A stretch of 64,000 bases of DNA from Lingula anatina (Eukaryota > Animalia > Brachiopoda): positions 13,326,587 through 13,390,586 of the forward strand of contig CM120648.1 in NCBI GenBank assembly GCA_051362555.1, written 5' to 3'. The notes beneath the pieces are model-generated. The model saw only the letters and a program-made list of their open reading frames with translations, searched no databases and had not been told where the DNA came from. Numbering within the stretch: position 1 is the stretch's first letter; every line of letters begins with the position of its first letter. Positions 1-13,420 of the stretch are shown here, one piece after another. The position numbers were made by a program, and so were the translations under genes.

Positions 1-310
1 GCTGTGTTCGTTCTGTAAATGCTGCATTAGGAAAAAAACAAATAACAAATCTTTTCTTTATGACAATTGGTTTCTATTATATTATTGACAATGTACCAAT
101 AAAAAGTATTAGTTACACATCAGAAAAGAGAGTGGTGTGCCGACACTCATGTACACACCCTTTTCATGGACACTTTATCCCCAGAAAGCAGGTCAAAAAT
201 CTTCAAGTGTTTAAAAAAAAAATTCTGCCCTCTCCATCAGTCTGTCAGTTATATGAGGGGGTATTGACACTGTTCACTTTATTTGTAATCTGCGGAGAAA
301 TTTTGAAGTG

Positions 311-462
311 ATCTAAGCCTAGTGAAGCTTGTCTCCTGCCTGTTCATTGGTGGGTCCAGAAAGGCGTTCTTCCAGAGAGCTTAGGCGGTATTTATCTTGG
401 TGTTAAGGCATGACTGCTGCTGAAGGAACAGAAAGAGACAGGCGTTAAGGAGGCTTAAGATA
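311..462. repeat. Short degenerate inverted repeat (probable old MITE)
   Basis: TAAGCCT..GCTTGTCTCCTGCCTGTTC versus GAACAGAAAGAGACAGGCG..AGGCTTA. Confidence 0.5.
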
Positions 463-502
463 AGAGTTACTGCCGACTGGTACACGCTGTGATGGAATCT
501 AG

Positions 503-728
503 GGGTGCTTTCCCAGAGATTTAGATCGATCTAAAGATTAAATTTTAGATCGACCTAACTCCCTGGGGGTTCAGGCTAAATTGCAGTCAGCCGAGCGGAC
601 ACCATAGTTAATTACCCCCTTACAGCTTTTAGTAGGCGGGACAGACGCTTAAGCCGGCCAAGCTGACAGTAATCTAGTGAGACTCCCCACAGGGATAGAT
701 CGATCTAAAAATCTATGGAAATGGGGTG
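503..728 (+). mobile_element. MITE family A (PIF/Harbinger-like), copy 1
   Basis: ~226 bp, subterminal inverted AGATCGATCTA, core CTAACTCCCTGGGGGTTCA..AGTTAATTACCCCCTTACAGC..GTAATCTAGTGAGACTCCCC shared with copies at 8490, 33895, 55147, 62362. Confidence 0.85.
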
Positions 729-3130
729 CAACACTGGGTATGTGATATTATGTAGATGTTTTATGCTTCTGTAATAAGTTATACAATATGTAAGTCGTAC
801 ATCATATTCAGAACACTTTATCAAAGTTTTTTCTCTTCTGGTATAAGTGCCAAGTACCAATTTGTCTTGGTGCCAAGCAACATAACTTTTTGATTTTACA
901 AAGGGCAGTGTAGTTTCAGTGTGCAAATATTTAAAAGATTGGGGGGGGGGCTAATAACTGCCTAATATGTTATACAGTGTTCTCTATGACCTGTTTTTAT
1001 ATCAACATTTGTAATGCACCTGTTCCTCTTCATGGAAAAAAAATTGAAATTAGGATTATGATTAAGATCATGCAAATGTAAACGTGCTTTAGCTGAATAC
1101 AGTGTGCCAGTTTGGAATTGTAATTTATTCTTAGATGGGGGAGACCTTGTAGTTTTTAACACTAGATTTCAGCATGCTCACATGCTTGGCACATGTGGTG
1201 AATATAAAACCCCAATAAAAACTGTTCTATAATGTTTTAAATTGGCATTTGGAATATATTTACAGGCAGTTTTCACTGGTTTATTATTCTTTTGAATGCT
1301 GACCAACAGCTGGGGCATTCCGTGTTTTTGTAAGTCATGTTTACAAGTGGCAGAATATTCATCACTCTCTGTTCATTTCTGGGTCACATCCTTTATAAGT
1401 TTGAAATGTAAAGGAAATTTTTCCATTGTATATTACAAAGTGCAAGGTTTGTAAATGGAGGTAGTGAAGAATAGTTTTTACTGTTCTATTTAGATACACA
1501 GTGGTTCGATCATGGTTCGCCTTAGGTCTTCACCGTGTGTAAATGTTCCTATCAGCAGGTGCCTGTCCATGTATATATTGGTGTAAGACCAGAAGTCAGA
1601 GTGGAAATGAAGTTGTTGTATTAACCCCAGCCAGTCAATTTGAAGGTCAAATGCCATTGCCATGTTAAGATAGCTAAGAAGGAGCTGGGGCATAATTGCT
1701 ACAGGAAAAATACTATTGTTTTAGAGTGGAAAATCTAGATGCCTCTGCATTGGAGCTGGTTTTGAAGGCAGGAAGGCTGAAACTCAAATGTGTGATGTTG
1801 CAGTCAAGTAAGCATGTTAAAAACAAATTTATATGAAGGTAAACATATTTCTCTTCTAAGTTCTTTTGCTTAACTTTTTTGCTAGCAGTGACAATAGGAC
1901 AGGCATCCACTTTGACAGGAGTTCAATTTCCAATTGTGCTCCACTGCATACTTCGGGGTACGGTTACCAGTACCCCCACACTCCTCTCTGTTAAAAAAAA
2001 GCCTTGTGTAATGGATTTCATGATAATAACATCAGGATTTTTGTCCTTTTTTTCACAACTAACAAAGTAACTCAGTCACACCTGTCAGATAATAAGGTGT
2101 AGATGGCTGTCAGGGTTGCACTGTGTTTTTAAAGGGATCAGTGGATCTCGATGGTTTTTCTCTTGGCGTGGAATCCTTGATCTTACATTTTGATGATGTA
2201 GGCGATTTCAGTGCCCTGAAGTTCAAGAGGATTGAGAACATTTGGTGGATAGAAATGAGTCACTGTCAGTGCTGAGGAATTCAGGGTAATCGTGATCAGG
2301 GTTAGAAAACATCTGCATCTCTCCATATTTGAAAGATCTTTGAAAGCGGCATGGTTGTTACTGTTGCCATGACATCCCTGACTTAACAGTGTAATGTGAT
2401 GAGGTGGATAGCTGATCCCCAATGAAACTGTAGCTGCTTGGATTTTGTAACGTCTGATGACCAACAATGGAGCTTCCAGTTAGAAAAATGAGATATAAAG
2501 TATTGGAAGTGTCAGCTATACGAAGTCCTGAATAGAAAAACTTGAAGAAGGTCGGCACTCTCCGTGATCTAGTGACACCAAGTGGAAGCATTCTGTGTGG
2601 TCACACTGTCTGCTATGATAGTACGGACTTAGTTAAGTCAGTACAACTTCATTGGAAATGCGTCCCAAGACATAAAATGCACTGATATTGGGAAATTAAC
2701 TGATAGAAGTTGTGGACATGCCCGTTATTATTTGAAAACCTGCTGCGCGGAGGGAAAAACTTCGACAAGATTAGATATGTCAAATATGTTTGTAATACTG
2801 AACATGTGGTATACACAACCTGTACTGGTTCTTATAAACCCTGACACTGTTGTCATGGGCACTTTTGAATTTTTCTTCTGAGTGCCTTGTTCGAAAAACT
2901 ACTCCAACAACGAAAAAAGTCTATCCCTGTAATGATTTTAAATCATATGATATATTTTTGAGAAGGAACTCCTGGCTGAATTGACTGATGTGTTTCTGCA
3001 TCTCAGGTAAGTGGGGAGCTCTCACATCCTCAGCTTCAATGATTATTTAGTTTTATCCAGTCTATCAAATAATTATATAAAGACCTGCTGCTGAGCTGAA
3101 GACAGCTAAATTACTGGCCAAGGTATTAGT

Positions 3131-3374
3131 GGTCCCAGTCCCATAGACACCATTGGTCTAACAGATCGATCCAACTCTGTTGGGGCTCTGGCTGTGTGCA
3201 ATCAGCTTAACTCAATGACGCGCCTCTTCCTAGCATAAAATACAGTAAAGATGCTGATTACATGAGTACATTGCAAACAAGGTATGTTATTCAATAAGCT
3301 GATGGCACTCAGAAAGACTCCCTGCAAAGTTGGATTGATCTACTTAGGCCATTGATGTCAATGGGAATGGGGTT
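3131..3374. mobile_element. Diverged palindromic MITE related to family A
   Basis: Ends GGTCCCAGTCCCATAGACACCATTGG / CCATTGATGTCAATGGGAATGGGG; AGATCGATCCAACT / AGTTGGATTGATCT inverted subtermini. Confidence 0.6.
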
Positions 3375-5968
3375 TAAATCTAAACTAAAACATTTCATGG
3401 TTAAACTTGATGCCAAAACACCATCGCTTTTTCTTTTCTGAAGGAAACATTTAACCAGTGCCAGCGTGGGGTATAATAATGTAATCAGAACTGGACTTTG
3501 GTGATTAGGATAATTTTTCTTCTTGTGACAATTTAATTCAGTCTGTCTAATGTGGTTTGCTGTGACACTCGTCAGGGTAAAAGATTTATGTCATTTAAAC
3601 AAAAAGAGCATTGGGTTTATTTCACCCTAAGCGTTAGAGGACATCATAGGGTCGGTGATCTAAGACCTCAGATCTTTTAGGAAATGAGATTATTTTCTAC
3701 TGGAGGCTAATGTTTTTCCCCATAGTGGGACAGACTCATGAAATTACAGATAATGATGTTAGCGCATTGGGTTTGGAAAATTTATTTATTATTTTGTTCC
3801 CTTTTTTTCTGTGGGAAAATATTGATGAATCGGGGGAGGGGGGGGGGGGAGTTTTGTGAAATTTTGCCATAAGGTCATCATGATGTGACAATAGAGGCCA
3901 GAGCTCTGTGAAAAGTTTGGTTTTCTTTGTCTGCCATTGTTGAGTATTATTTTGCAAATTCAATTGGATTATAAAAAAATTACACTAAGGTATACATTGC
4001 TTAAGCCAAACAACTTTCTCTTCTTCAGTTCTGAAACAAAAAAAAAAAAAAACATTAAATATTTCTTTGGCAATGAATCATTCTTGTGTTACAAAATATG
4101 TGCTTTTACTCGCATTACCACATCAAGTTTTTTTTCCAGTCACATGTTTTCAATTTGTAAAATCCAATTTTTATTGAACTTTATCCCTTTGCATGCCACC
4201 CTCACAAAAGGAGCGCCATTATCTGTTTTCTGCTCAAATAATCTCACTGATCCATGAGAGTCGGAGCTGTTCTGGTGTGTGCAGTGGCAATGCGTGATTC
4301 TTTGTCATGTCAGTAATGTCATCAAGGGTATCCTTCCTTCCCTTCTCCTTCCTTCCTTCCTGTCCCTGTGCTAATGATCACAGATTTTATCTGGCTGTTG
4401 AAATGGATAATAAGTATGTTAGGCACAGTCATGAACCAATCTTGTATGTTTGGTTATCTTTTTGTTTACATATATGTGTAATAGTATTAAAATATTACTC
4501 ATGGTCTTTATACATATTTATCCTTTTTTTTTTTTTTTTGTTTTTGAGAGCTTGTTTTGCTATTGATCATTTTAACTGTATTGGATTGGGTATGATTAAT
4601 CATTTGTATTTCACAAATCTGAAAGACATCAAGGAGGCTGATTTGTATGTAAAAGAAATTATATAAAACTGGTAAAAGAAAAAAAACAGGTGGTAAAATG
4701 TTGCAAAATCTACTTTACAAGTTACTCTTTCATTTCATTTCATAAACCTCATCATTATAGAGTGCTTTGGAAGCCTGTTAGTGGTATTTTATGAGAGCAT
4801 TACATTTCCATTAGCACATTGCTTTTTGATAGAAGTATCTTCATAATTTCATATTTTATATTCATTATTACATTTTACAGAGAGTTCCTGGTTGCTGAAA
4901 TTGCATCTCCCACTTCTAGAATATTGCAGTGTAGAACATATATGGTTTAGCATAGGACAGCATTAGATTTTTCAAAGGAAATAGATCATATAGATAGGGC
5001 TTATCTTCCAAAATATACCTAAGATTTAATATACATGGAATTGACTGCTATACACAGCTTTCTTTTTCAGTTCATTAATTAAGCGTCTTTGTGCAGATTC
5101 CCCGAGCAAGTCATTGTCGAGATGGTTACCTGGTGACATTGTACACCTGTTCTCAGCTCATTAACAGGTGAATTAACACCTGAAGAGCAATTTAGTCTGT
5201 ACTCTGGACCACTTAGCACCACTGAGTGGGCTGTGATTGAATAGATTGAATTGGTGAAAATGCTTGTGACTCTTAGATGTGTAATAGAAGAATTATAGTA
5301 TGTTGAAAGTCAGTTGTATATTTACTTTCTCACTATGGCACAAAATGCAAAAAAAAAATGACAATATACATAAATATAGTGAAATAACAGGGTAAAGAAA
5401 ATGTTAAATATCATATCAACATTTCTGCCTGCAAGACTGAGACTGTGTTAAAGTGATACAATGTGACATCCAATAACTACATAAATAGATGTAATATCAT
5501 CCTGAAGATGATAACAATGCCTTATTTTGCTGTGATAATTTGATCTGATGTCCAAGACATGGACAGTGATATAAATCTCCTTGTCTCCAGGAAAGATGGA
5601 GGTCCTCTACAGTGTATTATCATCCTGGTAATTGGACTTCAGTTTTCTGTGATTCATGGCCTCTCATTTCCTGAAGGAGGAAGCTGATAGGATACATAAT
5701 GAGTTGGAGGATAGGGTACTCTATGGTGTAGTAAAGACAATGTGGGGTTAGTTTGCGTTGTTAGAGACAATAGCATCAGCATATGAAATTGAAAAGATGG
5801 TGATGCAACAGAAAGGCTGAAAAGGAAAAAATGTGGTGAGCAAACAAATAAAAAGAAGACTAACAGAATTTTTTATCCTAAATGTGTTTGAAATCTTGAA
5901 ATTGTTGAAGTGATTCTGATGTCATAATGGTAGATATATTACTGCTGCCTGCAGTCCCCATAGGAAAA

Positions 5969-6013
5969 TGTGTGTGTGTGTGTGTGTGTGTTGTTGTTGT
6001 TGTTGCTGTTGTT
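5969..6013. repeat. Compound (TG)n(TTG)n microsatellite
   Basis: Directly visible. Confidence 0.9.
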
Positions 6014-6556
6014 GGGTTGACACACTGAGCAGAAGATGTAGAAACTCATTGCTTTGTGAGGCAGAGGAGATTGTGTGATCTTGCTGCACGCTATCAGATG
6101 ACAGCCTTCAGCAAGGATTTCATATGAACATGTGACAAGATTAAAGATAACTAGATCTATATGACAGATCGGCAGGAGAATACAAAGATTTGGTTATCTG
6201 ATTAGAAAAAAAAGACATTGAAAGGGGATTTGACTTGAGAGAAAAAAAAGTTCAGCTAGTGATTTTTGAAAGGAAATAGAAGAAATGTGTTAAACCTTCT
6301 ATCTTCTTTAACACATTGAAAGGTTACTTGAAAAGGATGGAATGCAGAAATGTGTGATATTTTAAGTGTTTCTCAGTCTGTGATTTATGGAATATTAGCA
6401 GGGAGTTTTTAGAAGCAGTATTCCAGGGATTTCAGACAAGATCTTGTGTAATACCCAGAAATTAGCTCATACTCCCAGCATAATTAGCGCAGCAGATGAG
6501 GAGTAATCCTATTAGCCAATGGGTCTTACTCTCGTTCTTCAAGTCATGCCTCCATT

Positions 6557-6667
6557 ATGACTGAGCTGAAGACTGCGGAGGTTCTGTCAGGCGATCTTCC
6601 GAGACTGGAGAAGAACCAGTCTTTGTGTGGATCTGCCAGGCTTTCACCACTGGCTTATCATACTGTG
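6557..6667 (+). CDS. Candidate alternative first coding exon of the Sfi1-repeat gene (37 aa)
   Basis: Locally GC-richer; ATG 6557 after in-frame TGA 6497; MTELKTAEVLSGDLPRLEKNQSLCGSARLSPLAYHTV ends at GTG|GTAGGG in phase 0, compatible with exon 16737. Confidence 0.35.
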
Positions 6668-6694
6668 GTAGGGAATTTATGCAGCTTTGATTAA

Positions 6695-7031
6695 AGGGAT
6701 AATAACTCTTCGTATGAGATCTATACTTCACAATAAAAACATTGTGAATAACTCATAGAAATATAATATATTCTGTTTTACCACAAAAACGGCAGTTATA
6801 GCTATTATTCTGATAACTGAGCTGGTCTTTAGACCATGTGACCTCCATTGATGGCTATACTCTGTCAAAATCTCTTAAGAGATTTTAACAAAAAACCAAA
6901 CTTTTTAGAAAAAAAACAGGGACTAACTTTGAATGTAAAAATGGATTCATTAACCATTGGTAAGTATGGGAAAATTGTTGTTTACTCCAGGAAAATTCAT
7001 TTTTTGTCCGAAACGAAGAGTTATTATCCCT
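6695..7031 (+). mobile_element. MITE family B (Kolobok-like, TTAA TSD), copy 1
   Basis: TTAA|AGGGATAATAACTCTTCGT ... ACGAAGAGTTATTATCCCT|TTAA; purine-purine termini with TTAA duplication fit Kolobok rather than piggyBac (CC..GG ends). Confidence 0.85.
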
Positions 7032-8041
7032 TTAATTTTACAACATTCAGAATTCAACTTGACATTTCAGTGACTTTTGTTGGGGCTGGTGATGGATTGA
7101 TAGTGCTGCTGTAATTGGGTTTTAAAAAATGCCAAAAAAAAATTGAAAAAATAGGAAAATAGGAATATTTCTTGCACAGTTGGTGACACACTGGTCAGCT
7201 TTTATAGCAACTTGCAAGTATAACTTTTGAATCAGTATATATGTGTTTATATTTCCGAAGATCCACAGAAACTGAAGACTTGCATTTGTATTGAATTTTG
7301 ATCCAGTTTTCACAGCAGCTATGTTATTACCTTGAAGCAATTACGTGGAATGAGACTCATTGCCTGACAGCAGATGTGACCTTATGTCTGAGATGATGTG
7401 GAGGAAATGGTTTCCTGTGGCAAAACCCCTCTGAGAAACCACACGGCAGAAACGCACGGATTTATATGAAAACAGTGCCACAGAAAGCTGGGCTTGTTTT
7501 TACCTTGAAAATTGCATTAAACTCAAAGAACTAGTGTCTCTGAATGCTCTTCATGTAATATGACCTGATACCAAGGAGTTGGAGTAGAAATTTTCCTGGA
7601 AATACGTTGTTGTGAATGGAAAATTTATCAGAGCATTCCTGGTTTTAACCATATTGCTTAGAGAAAAAGCCAAAATTAAGAAGAGGAGATTTCTTGGATA
7701 TTAGGATTTCTTTGTGTATTGAACCAATAGCAGGAAAAAACATTTTTAGCAGAAACTCTTTAGAATGATCTGTCACTGAGAACCTCTAGGATTTCAACTT
7801 TTAGATTTATTACCAGTAAGAAATGTGAGAATTATACGGGCTTTAGTATGAGTTGAAGAATCACACTGGTTCTAGAAGGCAGGAGGTGCAGCGTTACAAC
7901 AATATTGGAAAAACGTGTTGTAGAACCACATGATACTGTATTGAAGTACCACAGATGCCTCAGTAGAATAATATTAGACTACTTACAATGTGGAAAAACC
8001 ACAAGAAATAGAAAGCTGGGCGTTCAATGTGATTCGTGAGA

Positions 8042-8197
8042 ATGTTAGGGTGTAAAGTCAATGTCAGTGATGAAGAGAGACTCATGGTTAGGGAAACGAG
8101 GAAGAAAAAGGTCAGATTTGATCTGCCTGGAGAGAAGGAGGAAGCAGCAGAGACAGAGAGGTGTGAAGGTGACGGCAAGGAGTGCAGAAAACAGGCT
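8042..8197 (+). CDS. Candidate alternative first coding exon of the Sfi1-repeat gene (52 aa, contains KKVRF)
   Basis: ATG 8042; charged, protein-like MLGCKVNVSDEERLMVRETRKKKVRFDLPGEKEEAAETERCEGDGKECRKQA ends at consensus donor GCT|GTAAGT in phase 0, matching the phase-0 acceptor at 16737 (CTCCAG|GTG ATG). Confidence 0.45.
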
Positions 8198-8349
8198 GTA
8201 AGTTGTCTTCAACGCTGGTGGAGTTATCCTTTTAAATAATAGACTAAAAAATTATAAATGAATGATGCTGCAGATTTACTATGTAGTTATAAAGGGAAAT
8301 TTTCATTTGAAGTCTTATTGCAAGAATGTGTTTGTTTTTGCCCAGTAGC

Positions 8350-8352
<3 letters not shown>

Positions 8353-8395
<43 letters not shown>

Positions 8396-8396
8396 T
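8353..8396. repeat. (TTTA)n microsatellite
   Basis: Directly visible. Confidence 0.9.
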
Positions 8397-8489
8397 CAAG
8401 TATGATATCTTGAAGTAACTCTGGTGGTATAAATTTCCCCTTCCTGCTCCAGTGAAAGAAAGGTCAGGGTTATACCAACCACAGTCCTA

Positions 8490-8704
8490 CACCCCATTCT
8501 CATAGATTAGATCGACCTACATTGGATCGACCTAACTCCCTGGGGGTTCACGCTAAATAGCTGTCAGCCGGGCGGACACGAAAGTTAATTACCCCTTATA
8601 GCTTGTTGTAGGCGGGGACGGACACTTAAGGCGGATTATCTGACAGTAATCTAGTGAGACTCCCCGCGGTGATAGATCGATCTAAAAGTTGTGAGAACAG
8701 AGCC
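8490..8704 (+). mobile_element. MITE family A, copy 2
   Basis: Same core; flanked by 3-bp direct repeat CTA (8487-8489 / 8705-8707). Confidence 0.85.
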
Positions 8705-9971
8705 CTAGTTCATGTTGACTCTTGTCTTGATCCTTGTATGTTTTTTAATCAACCTCATATTATCCTCAATAATCCAAACTATAAACTAAGAAGTACTACT
8801 GATCAGGACAGGTAGAACTGATCAGTGGCCTGGCAAACAAACACCATGTTCTGCTCAAACCTGGACTGGATTACAGGTGTGTAAAGACTTAAAGGTGGAT
8901 CAAACTGATTAAGAACCTACATTTATCAGAATAACTGATCTTGGCCTTTTAATGGCTCCTAAAATACTGTAAAAATATATGTTTACAGTCTGAATAGTCA
9001 TTAGTGGTTTTGTTGTGTAGGCAGTTGCATATAGACCTAAACTGGTCTGATTTTGTTTTGTCTGAGTGCGCCCAGTACTGATCTTTTTGAAACTGGCGGT
9101 TCAGATGCTTGTAGCTGTTGTTCTACATTGGAGTGTCTGTTGGCTGAACAAGAAAGTTGCATTATTTTTAAGGAGAGAGTCAATTGCTGGAGAGCTTGGT
9201 CCAATATTGATGTGTTTGCTGAGGTGATTAGACACTGGTGTCCGTTTTCAATTATACCTGAGGATATGTGGTCCTGAGAATATGGTTTGTGATTCATTGT
9301 TCCATTTATTATTGTCATTATCATTATTATCATCCTCCAAAGGAATATGTCAAGTCTGACGTAAAGATCGTATGAAGTCATATGATGTAACGCGTTGTGG
9401 TGCAATAGCTTTCGAGTAATGTGGCGGCCTCTTTGTATAACGCCGATGTAAAGAAATTAATTATACAATTATAGGTAGCTAAAGTTTGCGTCATGGACCA
9501 TACATGTAGATAAGAAATAAGTATATAAGCAATACCTTGAGAGGGATAGGGGGAGATATAGGAGAGACATGTAGAAGGAAGCAGCGAAGGAGGAGATTGG
9601 AAGCTCCTTAATATCCGGGACAAAACATGTGCGAATAACCTGAGTGACAGTTAGATAATAATATTGTTATTGTTCAAATGATATTGTTATAGTTTACAGC
9701 GATATTGTTATTCAGTCCATTCTGTTGTACAATAGCGTAAGGTGTAGATTGGGTAATTTAGTGTGTTAAGTGTATAATGCACAGGTCCGCAGGAAGCGGG
9801 GATATTATAGGAGAACTTGTTATCATTGATCAATGAGGCGTGGACGGGATGTGTGAGTTTTCTTGGCGTAAAGCGTCACTTAGCTTGGGGTCAGTTGACA
9901 CTGGACACTGGGTAGTGGTAGGAGTGACCACTGCAGGGATGTGTTACTAGGGTGAGAATTATTATTATTAT

Positions 9972-10002
<31 letters not shown>

Positions 10003-13000
10003 GATAATATAGTGAGTGAAATATTGATGCAGTTTGACAATCTGTAATACCATATATCACCAATTGTTTTGAAAAAAAAAAGGTACGGATTGATATTAAT
10101 TTATATTTTATGAAAGGTCTTACTAATTCCTGATTATTGAAACTTAGTCAACATTCTCATATAAATTTTTTTCTGTAATGAAGAGTCAATATTTTTGTCT
10201 GCAAGAATTTGAGAGTGTTTGTGCTTTTGGAAGCTGTGGATATATTTTAGGCACATGTAAAACTGTATTAAAGTGGTCAGTCCAGTGTCTGCTTGGCTCA
10301 GACCAGGGGGTCAGTTGTAGTGACCGCCATTGTGTAGGTCTTACTGTGGGAAAGATATGGTTTCATTTTAATGTGTGACGGAATACCCCAGTGATCTGTT
10401 CTTGTTGTCCGTTTAGTTGTTGGCTTGAGCCAAGTGGACATTAAAACACTGGACACTTTGACCACGCTGGTCAGTTTCCACAGACATTGTGCTGGACAGT
10501 CCTGCATATCACAGAGAAGTTACACTTCTAAGTTGCAAAGGGTTTTGCTTCTCTTCATCCAGTAGACTAAAATAACTCGATATGAAGACAGTATGTCAGA
10601 TCAAAATATTTGGCTGCAGAAGTGATACATCATGATGAAAGAAATTTAGTAAAATATGATATTTGGTCATTTTCCTTTGCTAGGCTGTGTATGGGGCTGT
10701 AGAGGGTCTATTGTGAATGATATCTTATATCAGTTTAATATCCTGGGGCATCCCCCACTGAGTTTTTGTGTTGTTAACAGCATCAGTGACCTGTGGTCAG
10801 TCAGCCTTTATATGGCCACTGACCACTTATTATACTTCTGGGGATTTTTTTTTCATACAATTTATTTTTTAAATACAGCATTTTTGATGTACTAAGTGTA
10901 ATGCATGGAAAGGGTGTTATTTATTTTTTAATTACACATAGAGTGTGGGGTCATTCAATCTAAATTTGAGTTAATCATTGTTTATATGACAGTTTTAAAG
11001 AATGAATGAAAATTCTTATAATGTAAATTATGATACAAATGCCAGTGAGAGTTCATCATGGAAGAAGGAATCCATGACCAGCTTCGGTGACCCGTCAAGT
11101 ACAAACCTAAGACCTTGAACCCCTGTCTTCATGTCATAGGCTTTCCATTGAATGAGGAACCCCATCCCTGATTATTGGCAACAACGTCTGTTGATTTTTT
11201 AGCTATTTTCATGTTATTATGGTGAATTTGCGACAAGCACTGAAGATAGCATAGGTCAAAGAAAATGAAAAATATTTTGCTTGTCTTTCTTACGTATGTC
11301 TATGTCTGTTTCATGAAAAATCTTTTAACAATTGTCAATGACTAAAACAAAATAAAAGTGCTTTTGACCTGTTAGTGATATTCCATAGCATCATTCATGA
11401 AGCATAATTGCATACAGTCCAGATAAGGAAAAAAAAAAGAATCTTTAAATAATTCAGAAGTAAAAGAAATATTGAGTGGTTTAGAATGACATATCTTTTC
11501 TCCCCTCTGTGAAGATGACCTTGATACCAAAATGTCACTTTGTTGAACCCCATTACAAGAGCAAATTTGTTATTGTAATAAAGAAACGGATATTGTTCAC
11601 AGAGTAACACCTTTTGCCAAGCTTTATTGTTCTTCTTTGTTAAAAACTGCTGGGGGATATGGTAGATCCTTCCTAAAACTCCAGAAGCACTTAACGGCAC
11701 CCGGCTATTAACAAAAAATGATGTAACATTAAGCAGACAATCAATGGTGACTGGGATGTAGTTTCCAATAACTGATTTCCAATTGTTATTTGCTGTAATT
11801 GATCTGGGTATAATTAGGACTGACTGGTCAATGGGGAGTTCATTTAGCTGAATGACCTATATTGATGGGCCGTGGCTAGGGAAGCCTCCTTAACAGGGGT
11901 GTGGGATTATGAAAAAATTATTCAGAAATAGGAAGATCAAATCCAGAAGGTGGAGTTTATGCTCATGTTAAGAAAACATTTGGATATAATGATCAGAGCC
12001 TAAGTTGAAAAAATAGGTATTTGTTGTCATAGCACTAATGTGAAGAAGTTGGGTGGAAGATTTCAGAATCTGTTTTCTGCTGATGGTATTGGCTTTGTCA
12101 GAAGCCCTGTTTATTGCTCTGATGTTCACAGGGGGGTGATATATGTGCACAGTCACATGATTGCAATTGTCCTTCATCTAAAAGTAAGTTTTATCTTCAT
12201 ATGTCCTAGGAACAAGGAGTCTTTATATTTTGTTCTACGTATGAAGGTGTAGTGTCAGAACTGTTAATGAATTTAGATCTCTTTATAGGCCAGGTATTGG
12301 CAATTGATTAGTTACCAGGATGTCTGTTAGGGGGAGCTACTTTAAATGATCACGACTGATTTTAACTGGGCGTAACTTGTGCTTTAGCAACATGGAAGAA
12401 CAACTGGCTAGTACAGGGATAGGTAGGTAAGATAAATTTGCTGTTAAATGAAGGTCTAAATATGAGAGTGATGAGGTGGTCATTTAGCTTTCAGTTTTCT
12501 TTGAGGGTGTATTCACACGAGGACTAATTTTGGACTGTAAAACAGACTAAGTGATGTCAAACTCACTAGAAGAAATTCACATAAATGGAGCTCTGGCCTA
12601 GCATAGATGCACAGCATAACTAGCCTGCCTTTGTGTAAATTTTAAATACTTACTGAGAGTGGTAAATCACTGTGCGCAGGTTGGTGATGATTTCTGATAC
12701 TTTTTTTTTTCAAGTAAAGCCATTTGCTAACATTAAGTAGTATTACTTCTGTAGAAGTTCATTTAAATTTATATACAATTTTAAACTTCAGTGTTTCTTT
12801 ACGAGATGCATCCCATGGATTGCTATAGTTATGTGATAGTATTACATATTTTATAATTGAGGTAAGGATCATGATTTGAATGTGAGAAATGATGCAAGCT
12901 AGCACAGTTGAGCTCCATATTACATATGATCTAGCAGTGTGCACTCAAGAAGTTGTTCTAAACAACTTCTTGATGTACTTATATGAGGATGTGCATTCAC

Positions 13001-13420
13001 AAATGTGTTTTGTCACCTCTAGCACAATTCACCACAATGAAGTATCAACAACTTCTGTATGTTCTCTACCACTTAGGTATAATAACCATAAAAAAAGCAT
13101 ATGTTAGTTTTTGCTGTTGTCCAAACTAAAACTAATTTTAAGCTGAGAACTTGTTATTGATGGTGGTGGTATCATTCATACCAATGATCAATACATTTAG
13201 CTGGAGGCATAACCAATCTGATAGATCTTCTCTTTGTGAGCCTGATTTTCTGTTCTCTGTTCACACCAGTCATAAATTGGAAGACTGATGTTGTGTAAAG
13301 CTGTGTTCACACCAGGGTTATTCTTGGCCAGAAATTGGTGGAGAGTTCCACTATCAGACTGGACTGAATCTGACTTGGTGTAAATGATAATAGTCAAGTA
13401 TGTCACAAAAATTTTCCCCA

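Noticed and set aside
2183-2591. Two overlapping minus-strand ORFs in a slightly GC-richer patch
   Set aside because: No domain, and no consistent splice chain in either orientation.
6848-7114. Similar short ORFs at 6848, 39458, 51771 and 63158 suggesting a small gene family
   Set aside because: All lie in or overlap MITE family B copies; the similarity is repeat-derived and no transposase motif is present.
9037-9623. Overlapping ORFs of 74-122 aa near 9.0-9.6 kb
   Set aside because: No recognisable motif; the + frame lacks an ATG and has only a weak donor; compatible with chance.
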